Source: Bdellovibrionales bacterium (GTDB taxonomy: Bacteria > Bdellovibrionota > Bdellovibrionia > Bdellovibrionales > DASUEL01). From it: a DNA stretch of 64,000 nucleotides. The stretch lies in contig JBFWOZ010000002.1 in assembly GCA_050250255.1 (NCBI GenBank), positions 77,655 through 141,654 of the forward strand, read 5' to 3'. A model generated the notes under the pieces. It had not been told where the DNA came from, did no database searches, and worked only from the letters and a program-made list of their open reading frames with translations. Every line of letters starts with the position of its first letter. Position 1 is the first letter of the stretch. Both the position numbers and the translations under genes were made by a program. Positions 48,619 to 58,260 of this stretch are shown piece after piece.

Positions 48619-49444
48619 GCTCGAAATTTTTAAACTGGTAGGAACGGGCAACGACTTTGTCTTTGTTGACCTGCGCTCGTCCCAACAGAAAAAATCCTGG
48701 AAGACCCTTTTGCAAAAAAAGAATCGTTCTAAGTTTGCGCAAGAGATTTGTCGTCGTCAAACGGGCGTGGGGTCAGATGGACTTGTGATTTTAGAGCCGC
48801 ATCCGACCTATGATTTTAAATGGGACTTTTATAATTCCGATGGGTCCCTTGCGGAGATGTGTGGCAATGCCGCCCGCTGCGCCGTTTACCTTTTGAATAA
48901 AAAAGAATGTTCGTTTTTAACAAAAGCCGGAGTAGTGAAGGGGAAAATCCTGTCGGCGCTTGATCAATTGGTTCAAGTGGAGCTCGCTCGTCCCGAAATG
49001 AAAAAGGAATCGATGAAAATTTCTGTTGATGGAAAAAACATCGAAGGGGATTTTATCAACTCTGGCGTTCCCCACTTTGTGATCCATACAAAATGGGAAT
49101 TTGAACGACTTCCCGATCGAATGCTCTCTTTAAAAATTCAAAATCACCGAGCTTTCGGCGCGCAGCACACCAATGTTACATATGTCTGCCCCAGAGATCG
49201 TTCTCAAAAAAAATATCGTACGATCACCTTTGAGAGAGGCGTTTGCGACTTTACTCAGTCTTGCGGTACTGGAGCCTTGGCGGCGGGGTTTTCTGTTTCA
49301 AAAAACAAGTCGAACAAAAAAGTATCGCTCAAAACTCCGGGCGGTGAACTTGAAGTTGAATTTTATCAAGATCGAAATGTGTGCCACTTGCGTGGCCCTG
49401 TCCAAAAAACCTTCGCGGGCCACCTGGACATAGGAAGGAAATAA
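48557..49444 (+). CDS. dapF: diaminopimelate epimerase
   Basis: It has GTGNDFVFVD and the catalytic Cys contexts EMCGNAARC and QSCGTGALA. The start is uncertain (GTG at 48557, 48590 or 48596), and all three candidates overlap the lipoprotein gene. Confidence 0.9.
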   Translation: MKKTKKKIQKRVRVALNPNTKLEIFKLVGTGNDFVFVDLRSSQQKKSWKTLLQKKNRSKFAQEICRRQTGVGSDGLVILEPHPTYDFKWDFYNSDGSLAEMCGNAARCAVYLLNKKECSFLTKAGVVKGKILSALDQLVQVELARPEMKKESMKISVDGKNIEGDFINSGVPHFVIHTKWEFERLPDRMLSLKIQNHRAFGAQHTNVTYVCPRDRSQKKYRTITFERGVCDFTQSCGTGALAAGFSVSKNKSNKKVSLKTPGGELEVEFYQDRNVCHLRGPVQKTFAGHLDIGRK

Positions 49445-50323
49445 ATGAGCCAATTTGAACAGACATGGACTGCTCTGATTACCCCCTTCCACAATCAACA
49501 AGTTGATTTTGATTCGCTTCGAAAGTTAGTGAAGTTTCAACTTGATGGCGGCGTCAGCGGTTTTGTGATTAGCGGTACGACGGGAGAAAGTCCTACTCTC
49601 AACACCGAAGAGAAGAAAAAGATTTTTGATTTTGTAAAAAGTGAAGTGGCCGGCGCGGTCCCTCTCATCGTTGGAACGGGCACAAATTCCACCAGTGAAA
49701 CGGTGGAGCTCTCGAAAAAAGCAACGAGCTGGGGAGCCGATGGAATTCTCGTAGTAGTCCCCTATTACAATAAGCCACCACAGCGCGGGCTTGTTCAACA
49801 TTACCAAGCCGTGTCTCAATCTACAAGGCTGCCGATTCTTCTCTACAACGTGCCCGGCCGTACGGTTGCGGCTCTCGCTCTAGATTCGATTTACCAACTT
49901 TCAAAAGAAAAAAACATTGTGGGAATTAAAGAGGCGACGGGCGATGTCGCTTTTGGAAAACAAATTTTAGACAAATGCGGCTCCTCCTTTTTGCTTTCGA
50001 GCGGAGATGACGGAACGGCGATAGATTTAGCGCTTCAAGGTGCGCGTGGAGTGATTTCGGTTCTCTCCCATGTGATACCGAAAGAGTTTTCTGAGCTCTT
50101 TGAACGAGCAACAAAAAAAGACTCGACGGCCTCAGGCGATTTTAAAAAATATAAAGTTCTCACAGATAAACTTTTTTGCGAAGCCAACCCCATCCCTGTT
50201 AAGGCCGCGCTACAGATGATGGGAATCATTAAATCCGATGAATTGCGCCTGCCACTTTCGGCGATGAAAGAGGATTTGCGTAAAGAGCTTCAAAAAGAAA
50301 TGAAAGCCTGCGGTCTTCTATGA
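49445..50323 (+). CDS. dapA: 4-hydroxy-tetrahydrodipicolinate synthase
   Basis: 292 aa with GTTGESPTL, YYNKP and the active-site Lys context IVGIKEATGD. Confidence 0.95.
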   Translation: MSQFEQTWTALITPFHNQQVDFDSLRKLVKFQLDGGVSGFVISGTTGESPTLNTEEKKKIFDFVKSEVAGAVPLIVGTGTNSTSETVELSKKATSWGADGILVVVPYYNKPPQRGLVQHYQAVSQSTRLPILLYNVPGRTVAALALDSIYQLSKEKNIVGIKEATGDVAFGKQILDKCGSSFLLSSGDDGTAIDLALQGARGVISVLSHVIPKEFSELFERATKKDSTASGDFKKYKVLTDKLFCEANPIPVKAALQMMGIIKSDELRLPLSAMKEDLRKELQKEMKACGLL

Positions 50324-50982
50324 AAAAATTAAATGTATGTATTTCGGGAGCGAGCGGTCGAATGGGACAAGAGTTAAAAAAACTCATTGAGTCCGACAAA
50401 AGTCTTCAGTGGGCCGCTCCCTATGATCGAAAAAAGAAAACCCTTGGATCGTCCGATGTGGTCGTCGACTTTTCTTTACCTGAAGGATTTTCGGAGTTGC
50501 TCGCAGCATGCGTGAAATCCAAAACACCTCTTGTATCTGGAACCACGGGCCTTACTGAAAAGCAAAAAAAAGAAATGGAAAAGGCCTCGAAGCAAATTCC
50601 CCTTCTTTGGGCGTCGAACATGAGCTTAGGTGTGACAACATTGAAGCACATGCTGAAGTCACTCAACCAACTTTCGGACTATGAATTTCAAATTGAAGAA
50701 ACTCACCATAAACACAAAAAAGATAAACCCAGCGGAACCGCGATAACACTCCAGCAAAGTTTAGAAAAAGCGGTCGGTAAAAAAGTTCCCGAGCCACTTT
50801 CGGTGAGGGGTGGCGGCGTGTTTGGAATTCACACCGTGCATGTGATGGGCGATGAAGAAACACTCGCGCTCACGCATACGGCTCTGAATCGTACGGTGTT
50901 TGCGCGCGGAGCCCTCATCGCGGCTCGTTGGCTTTCGAAACAAAAATCAGGTCTTTATTCTCTGGATGACTTGTTTACATGA
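50320..50982 (+). CDS. dapB: 4-hydroxy-tetrahydrodipicolinate reductase (short form)
   Basis: 220 aa with GASGRMG and EETHHKHKKDKPSGTA. Confidence 0.9.
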   Translation: MKKLNVCISGASGRMGQELKKLIESDKSLQWAAPYDRKKKTLGSSDVVVDFSLPEGFSELLAACVKSKTPLVSGTTGLTEKQKKEMEKASKQIPLLWASNMSLGVTTLKHMLKSLNQLSDYEFQIEETHHKHKKDKPSGTAITLQQSLEKAVGKKVPEPLSVRGGGVFGIHTVHVMGDEETLALTHTALNRTVFARGALIAARWLSKQKSGLYSLDDLFT

Positions 50983-51503
50983 AGTCCTCTCAGGCGCTCA
51001 TCAGTATTGAATCTCACTTAGGGGATCAGGTAGGTCGCTTAAAATTTGCGGTTCACAAAATTTCTAGAATTTGCGAAATCACTAAAATTTCTTCTATTTA
51101 CGAATTGAGCGAGCAGTCGGAATCGCGTGGTCCCTCCCAAAGCCATCCCCAAGAGCAGCGCTGGGTGAATGGTTTGTCGGTTTCCCTTCTGGTGACGACC
51201 GAATCCTCACCGGGCCAACTTTTGTCCCAACTTCAGAATATTGAACAGCAGGCGAATGGCGCGACTCGATGCGTAGACATAGACTTGCTCGTCTATGGGG
51301 AAACCTCCTGTCTCACGCCCCAGCTCACCCTCCCCCACCCCGAAATGCATCGTCGCCCCCAGGTTTTGATTCCCGCGGCAGAAATTTATGGGGATCACGT
51401 TCATCCTATTCTCAAGGAATCTCTAAAGGATTTAACTCAACGATTTGCGCGTAAGAAATGGGGACAATTCTATTCTGCGGGCCATTCGCTTCTTGATTTT
51501 TGA
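50979..51503 (+). CDS. folK: HPPK-like protein (2-amino-4-hydroxy-6-hydroxymethyldihydropteridine diphosphokinase), divergent
   Basis: 174 aa. The segment IDIDLLVYGE...LTLPHPEMHRRPQVLIPAAEI matches the HPPK C-terminal signature. The N-terminal motifs are degenerate. Confidence 0.6.
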   Translation: MKSSQALISIESHLGDQVGRLKFAVHKISRICEITKISSIYELSEQSESRGPSQSHPQEQRWVNGLSVSLLVTTESSPGQLLSQLQNIEQQANGATRCVDIDLLVYGETSCLTPQLTLPHPEMHRRPQVLIPAAEIYGDHVHPILKESLKDLTQRFARKKWGQFYSAGHSLLDF

Positions 51504-51553
51504 GGTCGACAACAATAAACCTGTGACATCCAACAAATGCCTTTGGAGGCCCA

Positions 51554-52201
51554 ATGAAATTCTATATCGACAGTGCTGACATTCAAGAAATCAAACAAGG
51601 GACTGAGCGCGGATGGGTTGATGGGGTAACTACAAATCCCACACTTGTTGCAAAAACGGGCCGTGATTTTAACAGCGTACTCAAAGACATTTGCGACGTA
51701 GTTGATGGCCCTATCTCTGCGGAAGTTGTGAGCCTTGATTCCAAGGGAATGCTTCGCGAAGGCCAAGAGCTTGCAAAAATCCATAAAAACATCGTTGTGA
51801 AAATTCCCATGAGCGAAGAAGGCCTCGTTGCCGTTAACAAATTCTCTCAAGATGGAATCAAAACAAACGTCACATTGGTGTTTTCTCCCCTTCAGGCTCT
51901 TATGGCGGCCAAAGCTGGAGCGACAATGGTTTCTCCTTTTGTAGGTCGCCTCGACGACGTAGGACAAAACGGAATGGACTTGATCCGTCAAATTCGACAT
52001 ATTTTTGATAATTACGACATCTCCACAAACATTCTTGTGGCTAGCGTGCGTCATCCCATACATGTTCTTGAGTCTGCATTGATCGGCGCCGATATCGTGA
52101 CTTGCCCATTCAAGGTTTTACAACAGCTTTGCACACACCCACTGACAGACAAAGGTATCCAGGCCTTTCTTAAAGACTGGGAAAAGGTCCCCAAAAAGTG
52201 A
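51554..52201 (+). CDS. tal: transaldolase, short TalC/Fsa-type
   Basis: 215 aa. It has [14 protein letters not shown]...GVTTNPTL...VVKIP, the last containing the Schiff-base Lys. Confidence 0.9.
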   Translation: MKFYIDSADIQEIKQGTERGWVDGVTTNPTLVAKTGRDFNSVLKDICDVVDGPISAEVVSLDSKGMLREGQELAKIHKNIVVKIPMSEEGLVAVNKFSQDGIKTNVTLVFSPLQALMAAKAGATMVSPFVGRLDDVGQNGMDLIRQIRHIFDNYDISTNILVASVRHPIHVLESALIGADIVTCPFKVLQQLCTHPLTDKGIQAFLKDWEKVPKK

Positions 52202-52202
52202 T

Positions 52203-52249
52203 AATGATTCACATGCTTCGCTGCTCGGTCGGGTCGCTTGTGAATCATT
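52203..52249. repeat. perfect 11-bp inverted repeat AATGATTCACA-N25-TGTGAATCATT after tal
   Basis: Read directly and followed by CTCACATTTTG. It could be a terminator or an operator. Confidence 0.5.
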
Positions 52250-52315
52250 CTCACATTTTGGCTATTCAGTCGCTTGGGTAGTCAAAGGTCCTGTTCAGCA
52301 AGGTGGAAAGAGCCC

Positions 52316-52774
52316 ATGAGACTACTCAAACAAGTCAAAACACTTTGGATAGTCACGCTTCTTTTCCTATTCGCGGCTTGCTCAACGGGCCATCGTATTG
52401 AAGACGTGGACTCTACAGTTTCTCAAATCAAATCTACGCTGATCTCATTTTTTCGCGGCAACATTGCAGAATCAAGGCAAGAGAGTCGAGAAATGATTAC
52501 TCAACCTTTTCGACCTCGTATAGCTGCGGGCCGCGTGGAAAAATCGAGAGAGAGTGATGAGTTAAGAGTCGTGGCTCGAATAAGAATTATTGGTAATGAA
52601 AAGCCTTATGTTTTGGATGTATCGGCAGAAATAGAAGAGCGTTCCCCAGATGGTCGTGCTTGGGCTTCTCGAGGTCCTGACAAGCGACTAGCCAAACAGC
52701 TAAGCGAAGCTATCCAAGAATACCTACAAAAGAACAGAAACAAGAACCTTATTGACCATTTCCGCGCATTCTAA
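52316..52774 (+). CDS. hypothetical lipoprotein
   Basis: The ATG at 52316 gives MRLLKQVKTLWIVTLLFLFAAC, which has a lipobox. The track ORF opens at 52274. Confidence 0.6.
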   Translation: MRLLKQVKTLWIVTLLFLFAACSTGHRIEDVDSTVSQIKSTLISFFRGNIAESRQESREMITQPFRPRIAAGRVEKSRESDELRVVARIRIIGNEKPYVLDVSAEIEERSPDGRAWASRGPDKRLAKQLSEAIQEYLQKNRNKNLIDHFRAF

Positions 52775-52790
52775 ATATCCTATATAAGTA

Positions 52791-52811
52791 AGCCAAACGA
52801 TTTGGCTTTTA
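52791..52811 (+). terminator. intrinsic terminator
   Basis: The sequence is AGCCAAA-CGA-TTTGGCT followed by TTTT. It lies 17 nt after the lipoprotein stop. Confidence 0.7.
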
Positions 52812-52886
52812 AAAGATGGCTACTCAATCAGCAAGGATGCGGATTTGAAACTCGATACGACTCAAAGGTTATTAAAATCATTCGTT

Positions 52887-54902
52887 ATGAGTTCACTCAT
52901 AATCACGAGCGTGAGTTTGCTGCCGTCTCAAGCTCGAGATTTTCATTTCAAAAAAATTCCTCTGACAAAACCTTTGGTAATCAAAATTAAAAAATCTTCC
53001 CCGCCAATGGCGATCATTGAAGATCTTCATATGAAAGATCAAGCGGACGAATCTATAGATCTCACGAAGCTTGAACCCGTTGAGCAAAAGATTCGCGTTC
53101 TCGCGGGACTTAAGATTTCTAGAAAAGAAATTCTTCCTGTTGCACCAACCCTAAAGATGCCGATCTATGCAAGTGCTGAAAAAATGTCTCCCGCAACTCA
53201 AGAAGAGTCTAGGCCATTTTCTGAATCGATCCTGACTTCCGTAGAAGAAGTGAATGCTCAATCCGTGCAAACGCTTCAACGATTCTTTGCGCAGGCAGCA
53301 GATGACACTGTGAGATCTGAGGCGCCTGCTCGTGAAGTGGCCAGTAAAGAAACAGAGTCTATGGATCTAGCGCCTCTTACGGTTGCGACGATTCACAACC
53401 TAAAAAAACCTTCAGCAGGCGAAACGCCGGCGACTCCATCGACACCCGATCAATCTCTCGCCTCAACAGAGGCTAGCACTATTCTTTCTGGCCTTGTGGA
53501 AGTCATGGGCGTTGGTCTCACCGGACAAGAGTCCGTAGTCGTTTACCGTGAAATGAGTGGACGCCGAATCGAAGAAGGCTCTGTGGATATTCAGCGTGGA
53601 GAATTTTCTCTTCAGGCGAAAGAAGCAAAAGGTTTCTTAAGAGCCGAAGTTCTTGCGGCAGACGGTACTCCGCTCGGTGATGGCGAAATTTGGCTTAACA
53701 GTTTAAAGACACCTTCAAAACGCATCTCGGGACTCAAAATTAAAATAGATCAAAAAAGTTCTAGCAGCTTTGTGGGAACAGCAAGCTCCGCGTACGGAAC
53801 GGATGAAAGTGAACACCCCGTACTTGGAGCGAAGCTGAGCTACACGTCTTCAGTCCCCGGCGTCACCACAAATAAGGTTGGACGATTTGAAGCCCATGGG
53901 ATTCATCCAAAATCTTCTGTGGTCTTAACGGCGGAGAAAAAAGGTTATTGGAATTCTCTCGTACTGACATCAGCCCAACATCGTGCGGCCGTGACTTTAT
54001 ATCCGCAATCGATGATCAGCGCTCTTCAACAAACTATCGCCAAAGACTTTGGCTTAAAGGCTGATGATTTACAAAATGGTGGAATTGTTTGGGGTCGCGT
54101 CCTTAAAGGAAGAAAACCTATTGAAGGAGCGGTCGTCGAATCGGCGGGCTCTCAAGGAATTGGTCCGATCTATTTTAACTCGCTTCATTTGCCTGATACG
54201 AAATTACAGGCGACAAGTAACAATGGATTATTTGTGTTCCTTAATCTTCCATCAGGAACGCAGTCTATCCGCGCTCAAGTGCGGGGGCGCTATTTGCCAG
54301 CAAAGATTTTGCCTGTGGAAGATCGTCACGTCACTCCGGTTGAGATTGTTTCTGGAAAAAAATCTGTGGCGATTGTACAATCCTTCGATGCCCTCTCTCG
54401 AGAGTCTGTGCCGACGACGATACGTTTCGCCGCCTCTCCAAAATCCATTCGTACGAACATGGCGGGCCTCGCAAAGGTGAGTGTCGCCCAAACAGAAGAG
54501 CCCTTGTTTCTTGAAGCGGATCCAACAGGAGATTATCTCCCGATTCGCATGAGCTTTGATCGTCGCGATAAACATATGTTTCTTCCGCAGATCAGAGGCG
54601 AGTGGTTAAACACGCTTCGACTCAATCGATTTCCTAACACGGGCATGATTGTGGGAATCGTAGAGGGCAAACGATACGATGTGTTCCTCGATATTAACGG
54701 GAAACCTCACAACGATATTTTATATTTCAATGCTTCAGGAGAAATAACGCCGATGCCTCTCGCGGGTGGCGGGTTCCTGATCTACAACGTGCCTCACGGA
54801 ATTCGCACGGTTTCGATCGTGAGCGAAGGCGCGGACAACATTTACCACCAGGTGGTCTCGGTCGACGACGAGTACGTCGCAGTTGTTGCACACGTCCCAT
54901 AA
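52887..54902 (+). CDS. large secreted protein with a disordered N-region and repeated CarboxypepD_reg-like beta-sandwich modules
   Basis: The track ORF opens at a TTG at 52845. The ATG at 52887 gives MSSLIITSVSLLPSQA. Segments such as GGIVWGRVLKGRKPIEGAVVES and MIVGIVEGKRYDV resemble carboxypeptidase-regulatory folds. Confidence 0.6.
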   Translation: MSSLIITSVSLLPSQARDFHFKKIPLTKPLVIKIKKSSPPMAIIEDLHMKDQADESIDLTKLEPVEQKIRVLAGLKISRKEILPVAPTLKMPIYASAEKMSPATQEESRPFSESILTSVEEVNAQSVQTLQRFFAQAADDTVRSEAPAREVASKETESMDLAPLTVATIHNLKKPSAGETPATPSTPDQSLASTEASTILSGLVEVMGVGLTGQESVVVYREMSGRRIEEGSVDIQRGEFSLQAKEAKGFLRAEVLAADGTPLGDGEIWLNSLKTPSKRISGLKIKIDQKSSSSFVGTASSAYGTDESEHPVLGAKLSYTSSVPGVTTNKVGRFEAHGIHPKSSVVLTAEKKGYWNSLVLTSAQHRAAVTLYPQSMISALQQTIAKDFGLKADDLQNGGIVWGRVLKGRKPIEGAVVESAGSQGIGPIYFNSLHLPDTKLQATSNNGLFVFLNLPSGTQSIRAQVRGRYLPAKILPVEDRHVTPVEIVSGKKSVAIVQSFDALSRESVPTTIRFAASPKSIRTNMAGLAKVSVAQTEEPLFLEADPTGDYLPIRMSFDRRDKHMFLPQIRGEWLNTLRLNRFPNTGMIVGIVEGKRYDVFLDINGKPHNDILYFNASGEITPMPLAGGGFLIYNVPHGIRTVSIVSEGADNIYHQVVSVDDEYVAVVAHVP

Positions 54903-54949
54903 GGTGCTCTCGCAGGCCGCTATCCATGGGACCTCAGGAATCATACACA

Positions 54950-56347
54950 TTAAAGTTTCTTTTCGCTCGCTTTGGTCGCTCGCTGGGAGATGCTTGTTGG
55001 CAAGCTGTCGTAGTAAGCCTCAAGCTTTTGCGCATTCTCTGCAGGCAACAGTAAGCGGAATCCGCTAGGGAGTTTGCGATTTTTTGAAATCGCTTGTTTG
55101 CGAATGTCGAGATTGAGCTTCAGGAAATCTTCCCAAGCAAGACCTGCGGCTTCGGCAATCTTTTTCATCGGAAGAGATTTGCGAACAGGGGAGGCAGTCA
55201 GCTGTAAATGTTCGTGTCGTGGGATCTCACCAAAAACTTCTTTTTGATACTTTTCTACGTGGAGGGCGGCGAGGAAGCTGCAGTAGAAGTTAGAAGAAGC
55301 AAATCCAAAGGAACGACTTGAGTAGTTTTCGATAATCACGCCGATGTCGTCTGACTTCACCTTCTTAGAAGCTTTAATAATCCCACCAGGTCCATGATTG
55401 TAAGCCGTGAGAGCAAGTGGCCACTTCTTTAAGATCTGAAGATTTTGTTTTAAAAGTTTTGCGGCGGCCTCAGTTGCTTTTAGTGGAGAGTTCCTCTCAT
55501 CGATCACGCTATCTACATATAAAAAGTGTCTTCCGATTTTAGGCATCAGCTGCCAGATTCCACTGGCGCCCACTTTGCTGACGGCGGCTTCATTAAAACT
55601 ACTTTCAACAAGTGGAAGACGGGTGATTTCTGTGGGTAAACCTTTTTCGGCAAACGTCTTTTCCATTGTAGGGAGGTACTTTCCACTTGTGTGGAGGCCC
55701 GAGAGCATAAAGTCTTTTTGTCCAAGCTGGCCGCGGATGTTATAGGCGGCATGCTTAAACACCTTTGGTCGCGACCCCGGAACATCCTTCATCAAGTCAA
55801 AATACTTTTGTTCTTCTTCGCTAAGATTTGCATAATTTTTTTTCTTAGCAAGCTTCAAAAGCATTCTTTGTACACGCTTTTTCTCCAGGCTTACGGCCGC
55901 GCGTGTTTTATGATATTTTGTCCAACGGTTTCCCGCGGCATCGGCAATCGCTTTTTCGTTATAAATTGAAAATACAATCCAAGGATAGTCTACGTGATGA
56001 ATCACATGCTCAGAGGCCGAGTATTTAGAGTAGATGTCGAACCAAAAGCCTACGCGTTTTTTAAGATTCTCTGGGATTTTAAAATCGGCACTGAGACGAT
56101 TTTGATGATCCGCTATGATTTCATCCTTTATTGTCGGAGAAACTTGTGAGGCCTCGACGCCGGCTTGTTCCACATTGCTCGCCGCAAAGCTGCGTCCGGC
56201 GGCCACTAGAATGGTGGCAAATAAGAGGATTGTAAGCGCATAAAGGAGAGGGGATTTTTTAGGCTTGCTCACTTTTTGAAAAACGACTTTGTCATTTAAT
56301 AAATTTGTATTCATCATGAAAGTCGTTAAGAGCAAAGCCAGTGCCAC
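54950..56347 (-). CDS. lytic murein transglycosylase (SLT domain, MltD-like)
   Basis: 465 aa. The SLT catalytic motif is LVESSFNEAAVSKVGASGIWQLMP and AYNHGPGG is also present. The C-terminal segment is LysM-like. Confidence 0.8.
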   Translation of the reverse strand: MALALLLTTFMMNTNLLNDKVVFQKVSKPKKSPLLYALTILLFATILVAAGRSFAASNVEQAGVEASQVSPTIKDEIIADHQNRLSADFKIPENLKKRVGFWFDIYSKYSASEHVIHHVDYPWIVFSIYNEKAIADAAGNRWTKYHKTRAAVSLEKKRVQRMLLKLAKKKNYANLSEEEQKYFDLMKDVPGSRPKVFKHAAYNIRGQLGQKDFMLSGLHTSGKYLPTMEKTFAEKGLPTEITRLPLVESSFNEAAVSKVGASGIWQLMPKIGRHFLYVDSVIDERNSPLKATEAAAKLLKQNLQILKKWPLALTAYNHGPGGIIKASKKVKSDDIGVIIENYSSRSFGFASSNFYCSFLAALHVEKYQKEVFGEIPRHEHLQLTASPVRKSLPMKKIAEAAGLAWEDFLKLNLDIRKQAISKNRKLPSGFRLLLPAENAQKLEAYYDSLPTSISQRATKASEKKL

Positions 56348-56599
56348 GGTGAATCCAAAGGTCTTAAAAGAACGTGAGCCTAAAAAGCTTATTGAAGAGC
56401 TCAGGTTTTATGCACGAAAGGCGCCTTTTTACGGCCACACCCGTCAAGACAGAACACACACGGATCACCTAATATAAGGAGAGATCGGATGCTGTCTCAA
56501 AATGAGACATTTGAAAAAACCAGACCTTTTATAGGCGGGCCTTCATAAGCTATAAACCGATATGTTAAAGAAGGAAGCTTCGCGAGAAGAGAGCATGAG

Positions 56600-58096
56600 T
56601 TGAAACAGATTTTATTTAGTGATGATTTCAAAAAGAGTGATTACACCGCGATTATAAGCGATTTGCACTTGTGCGAGGCGGAGCCAATCCACTCGAAGTT
56701 CCCGCTCTGGAAAAAATTTAAAACCAAAGAATTTTTTTACGACACCAAGTTTCAGCAATTTTTGGAACACATACAAAAACAAGCTCACGGAAATTCTGTT
56801 GAGCTCATTTTGAATGGAGATATTTTCGATTTTGACAGCGTCGTGGCTCTTCCAGATAGGCCACCTTATCGTATTAGTTGGCTCGAAGCTTCGCGCGGAA
56901 TGTTTCCCCAGGAGCCAAAGTCTCTTTTCAAAATTCAGAAAATCATTGAAGACCACCCCACGTGGTTTGCCGCCCTTTCCGACTTTGTGAAAAATGGAAA
57001 TCGCGCCGTTTTCGTGATAGGGAATCACGATCTGGAATTACATTATCTGAAAATTCAAGCGGAGATTGTCGACGCATTAAAGCTGAACGATGAAGAAAAA
57101 AAACATGTTCGTTTCAACGAATGGTTTTACGTGAGTAATGGAGATTCTGTGATTGAGCATGGGAACCAGTACGACCCTTACTGCGTTTGTCAAAATCCGG
57201 TGAATCCGCTGATTCAGAAATACAATCAGATAGAAATTCGCCTTCCTTTTGGAAATCTGGCGAGCCGTTACATGATCAATGGAATGGGATTTTTTAATCC
57301 CCATGCGGATTCGAACTACATCATGTCTTCTCGAGAGTATTTAAACTTTTTTACGAATTACCTTTTAAAATCGCAGCCCTTTATTATCTGGGCATGGTTT
57401 TGGGGAGCGATGATGACGCTTCTTCAATCATTTACGGATCGTCTTCGTGCCGAGCTTAAAGATCCTCTCACGATTGAGGACAAGGTCAACGACATCGCTC
57501 GCCGCGCGAACGCCACGCCGAGAATGGTGCGGGAGCTTGCGGAGCTTCGTGTGCATCCGGCTTCGAGCGATCCTATGATCATCGCACGTGAATTGTGGCT
57601 CGATCGCGCACTTCTTGTCGTGATCGCTTTTGTTCTGACTTACATTCTCTTTATGCAGATTAAACTCATTTGGAATATTTCTCTCTTCTGGATGTTTATT
57701 CCACTTTTTCTTTATTTTCCATTTTTTACCTTCTACGCAAAATCGATCACACCTAAGACGGTGCAGTATAAAGAACCCAAAGAAAGAATTCTTTCAATCG
57801 CGGGTCAAATCACCAACACTCGTCGCGTGATTTATGGTCACACACATGTAATTCGCCATGAGTGGGTCGGTGAAATCGAACATCTTAACAGTGGTACGTG
57901 GTCGCCAGCATTTCTCGATGTGGAATGCACGAGGCCCGTCGGCAAAAAAGCCTACGTATGGCTTGAGCCTGGTGAGAATAACGAACGTCGAGCTGGTGTG
58001 TATGAATTCTTAGGTACGCATGCTCGGCCGATGTTTGGCGGAATGGGGCGTACTCCAAAAGATCGCCCACGCATCCGCTACGTCAAAGCTACCTAA
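56600..58096 (+). CDS. calcineurin-like metallophosphoesterase interrupted by a membrane-helix insert
   Basis: 498 aa with a TTG start. The motifs are SDLH (20-23), NGDIFD (72-77), GNHD (141-144), EHGN (186-189) and GHTH (413-416). Hydrophobic helices lie at about aa 259-277, 337-353 and 360-380. Confidence 0.7.
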   Translation: MKQILFSDDFKKSDYTAIISDLHLCEAEPIHSKFPLWKKFKTKEFFYDTKFQQFLEHIQKQAHGNSVELILNGDIFDFDSVVALPDRPPYRISWLEASRGMFPQEPKSLFKIQKIIEDHPTWFAALSDFVKNGNRAVFVIGNHDLELHYLKIQAEIVDALKLNDEEKKHVRFNEWFYVSNGDSVIEHGNQYDPYCVCQNPVNPLIQKYNQIEIRLPFGNLASRYMINGMGFFNPHADSNYIMSSREYLNFFTNYLLKSQPFIIWAWFWGAMMTLLQSFTDRLRAELKDPLTIEDKVNDIARRANATPRMVRELAELRVHPASSDPMIIARELWLDRALLVVIAFVLTYILFMQIKLIWNISLFWMFIPLFLYFPFFTFYAKSITPKTVQYKEPKERILSIAGQITNTRRVIYGHTHVIRHEWVGEIEHLNSGTWSPAFLDVECTRPVGKKAYVWLEPGENNERRAGVYEFLGTHARPMFGGMGRTPKDRPRIRYVKAT

Positions 58097-58177
58097 AGGC
58101 GTCTAGTAATGGCAGCCGCCGTTCCTACATGGCTGAATCAATTACAATAATAATTTTATTATTGGTATGCCCGAGCG

Positions 58178-58197
58178 AGCCTGTCTTAAGACAGGCT
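58178..58197. terminator. perfect 20-bp palindrome / hairpin AGCCTGTCTTAAGACAGGCT
   Basis: It lies between the convergent phosphoesterase and GNAT genes and is followed by TGTTCGTT. Confidence 0.6.
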
Positions 58198-58260
58198 TGT
58201 TCGTTCAATGCTTACATTTCAGATCTCAGTGCGTCTGTGAAACAAGTGGTTGATGGCCCC

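Noticed and set aside
51470-52063. A 197-aa ORF antisense to the transaldolase gene.
   Set aside because: It is codon-aligned antisense to tal. Its composition is Cys/His/Phe-rich and atypical of real proteins here.
56289-56477. A 62-aa basic ORF overlapping the start of the MltD-like gene.
   Set aside because: It overlaps the signal-peptide coding region of the transglycosylase on the opposite strand and has no SD sequence. The spacer is more likely a promoter region.
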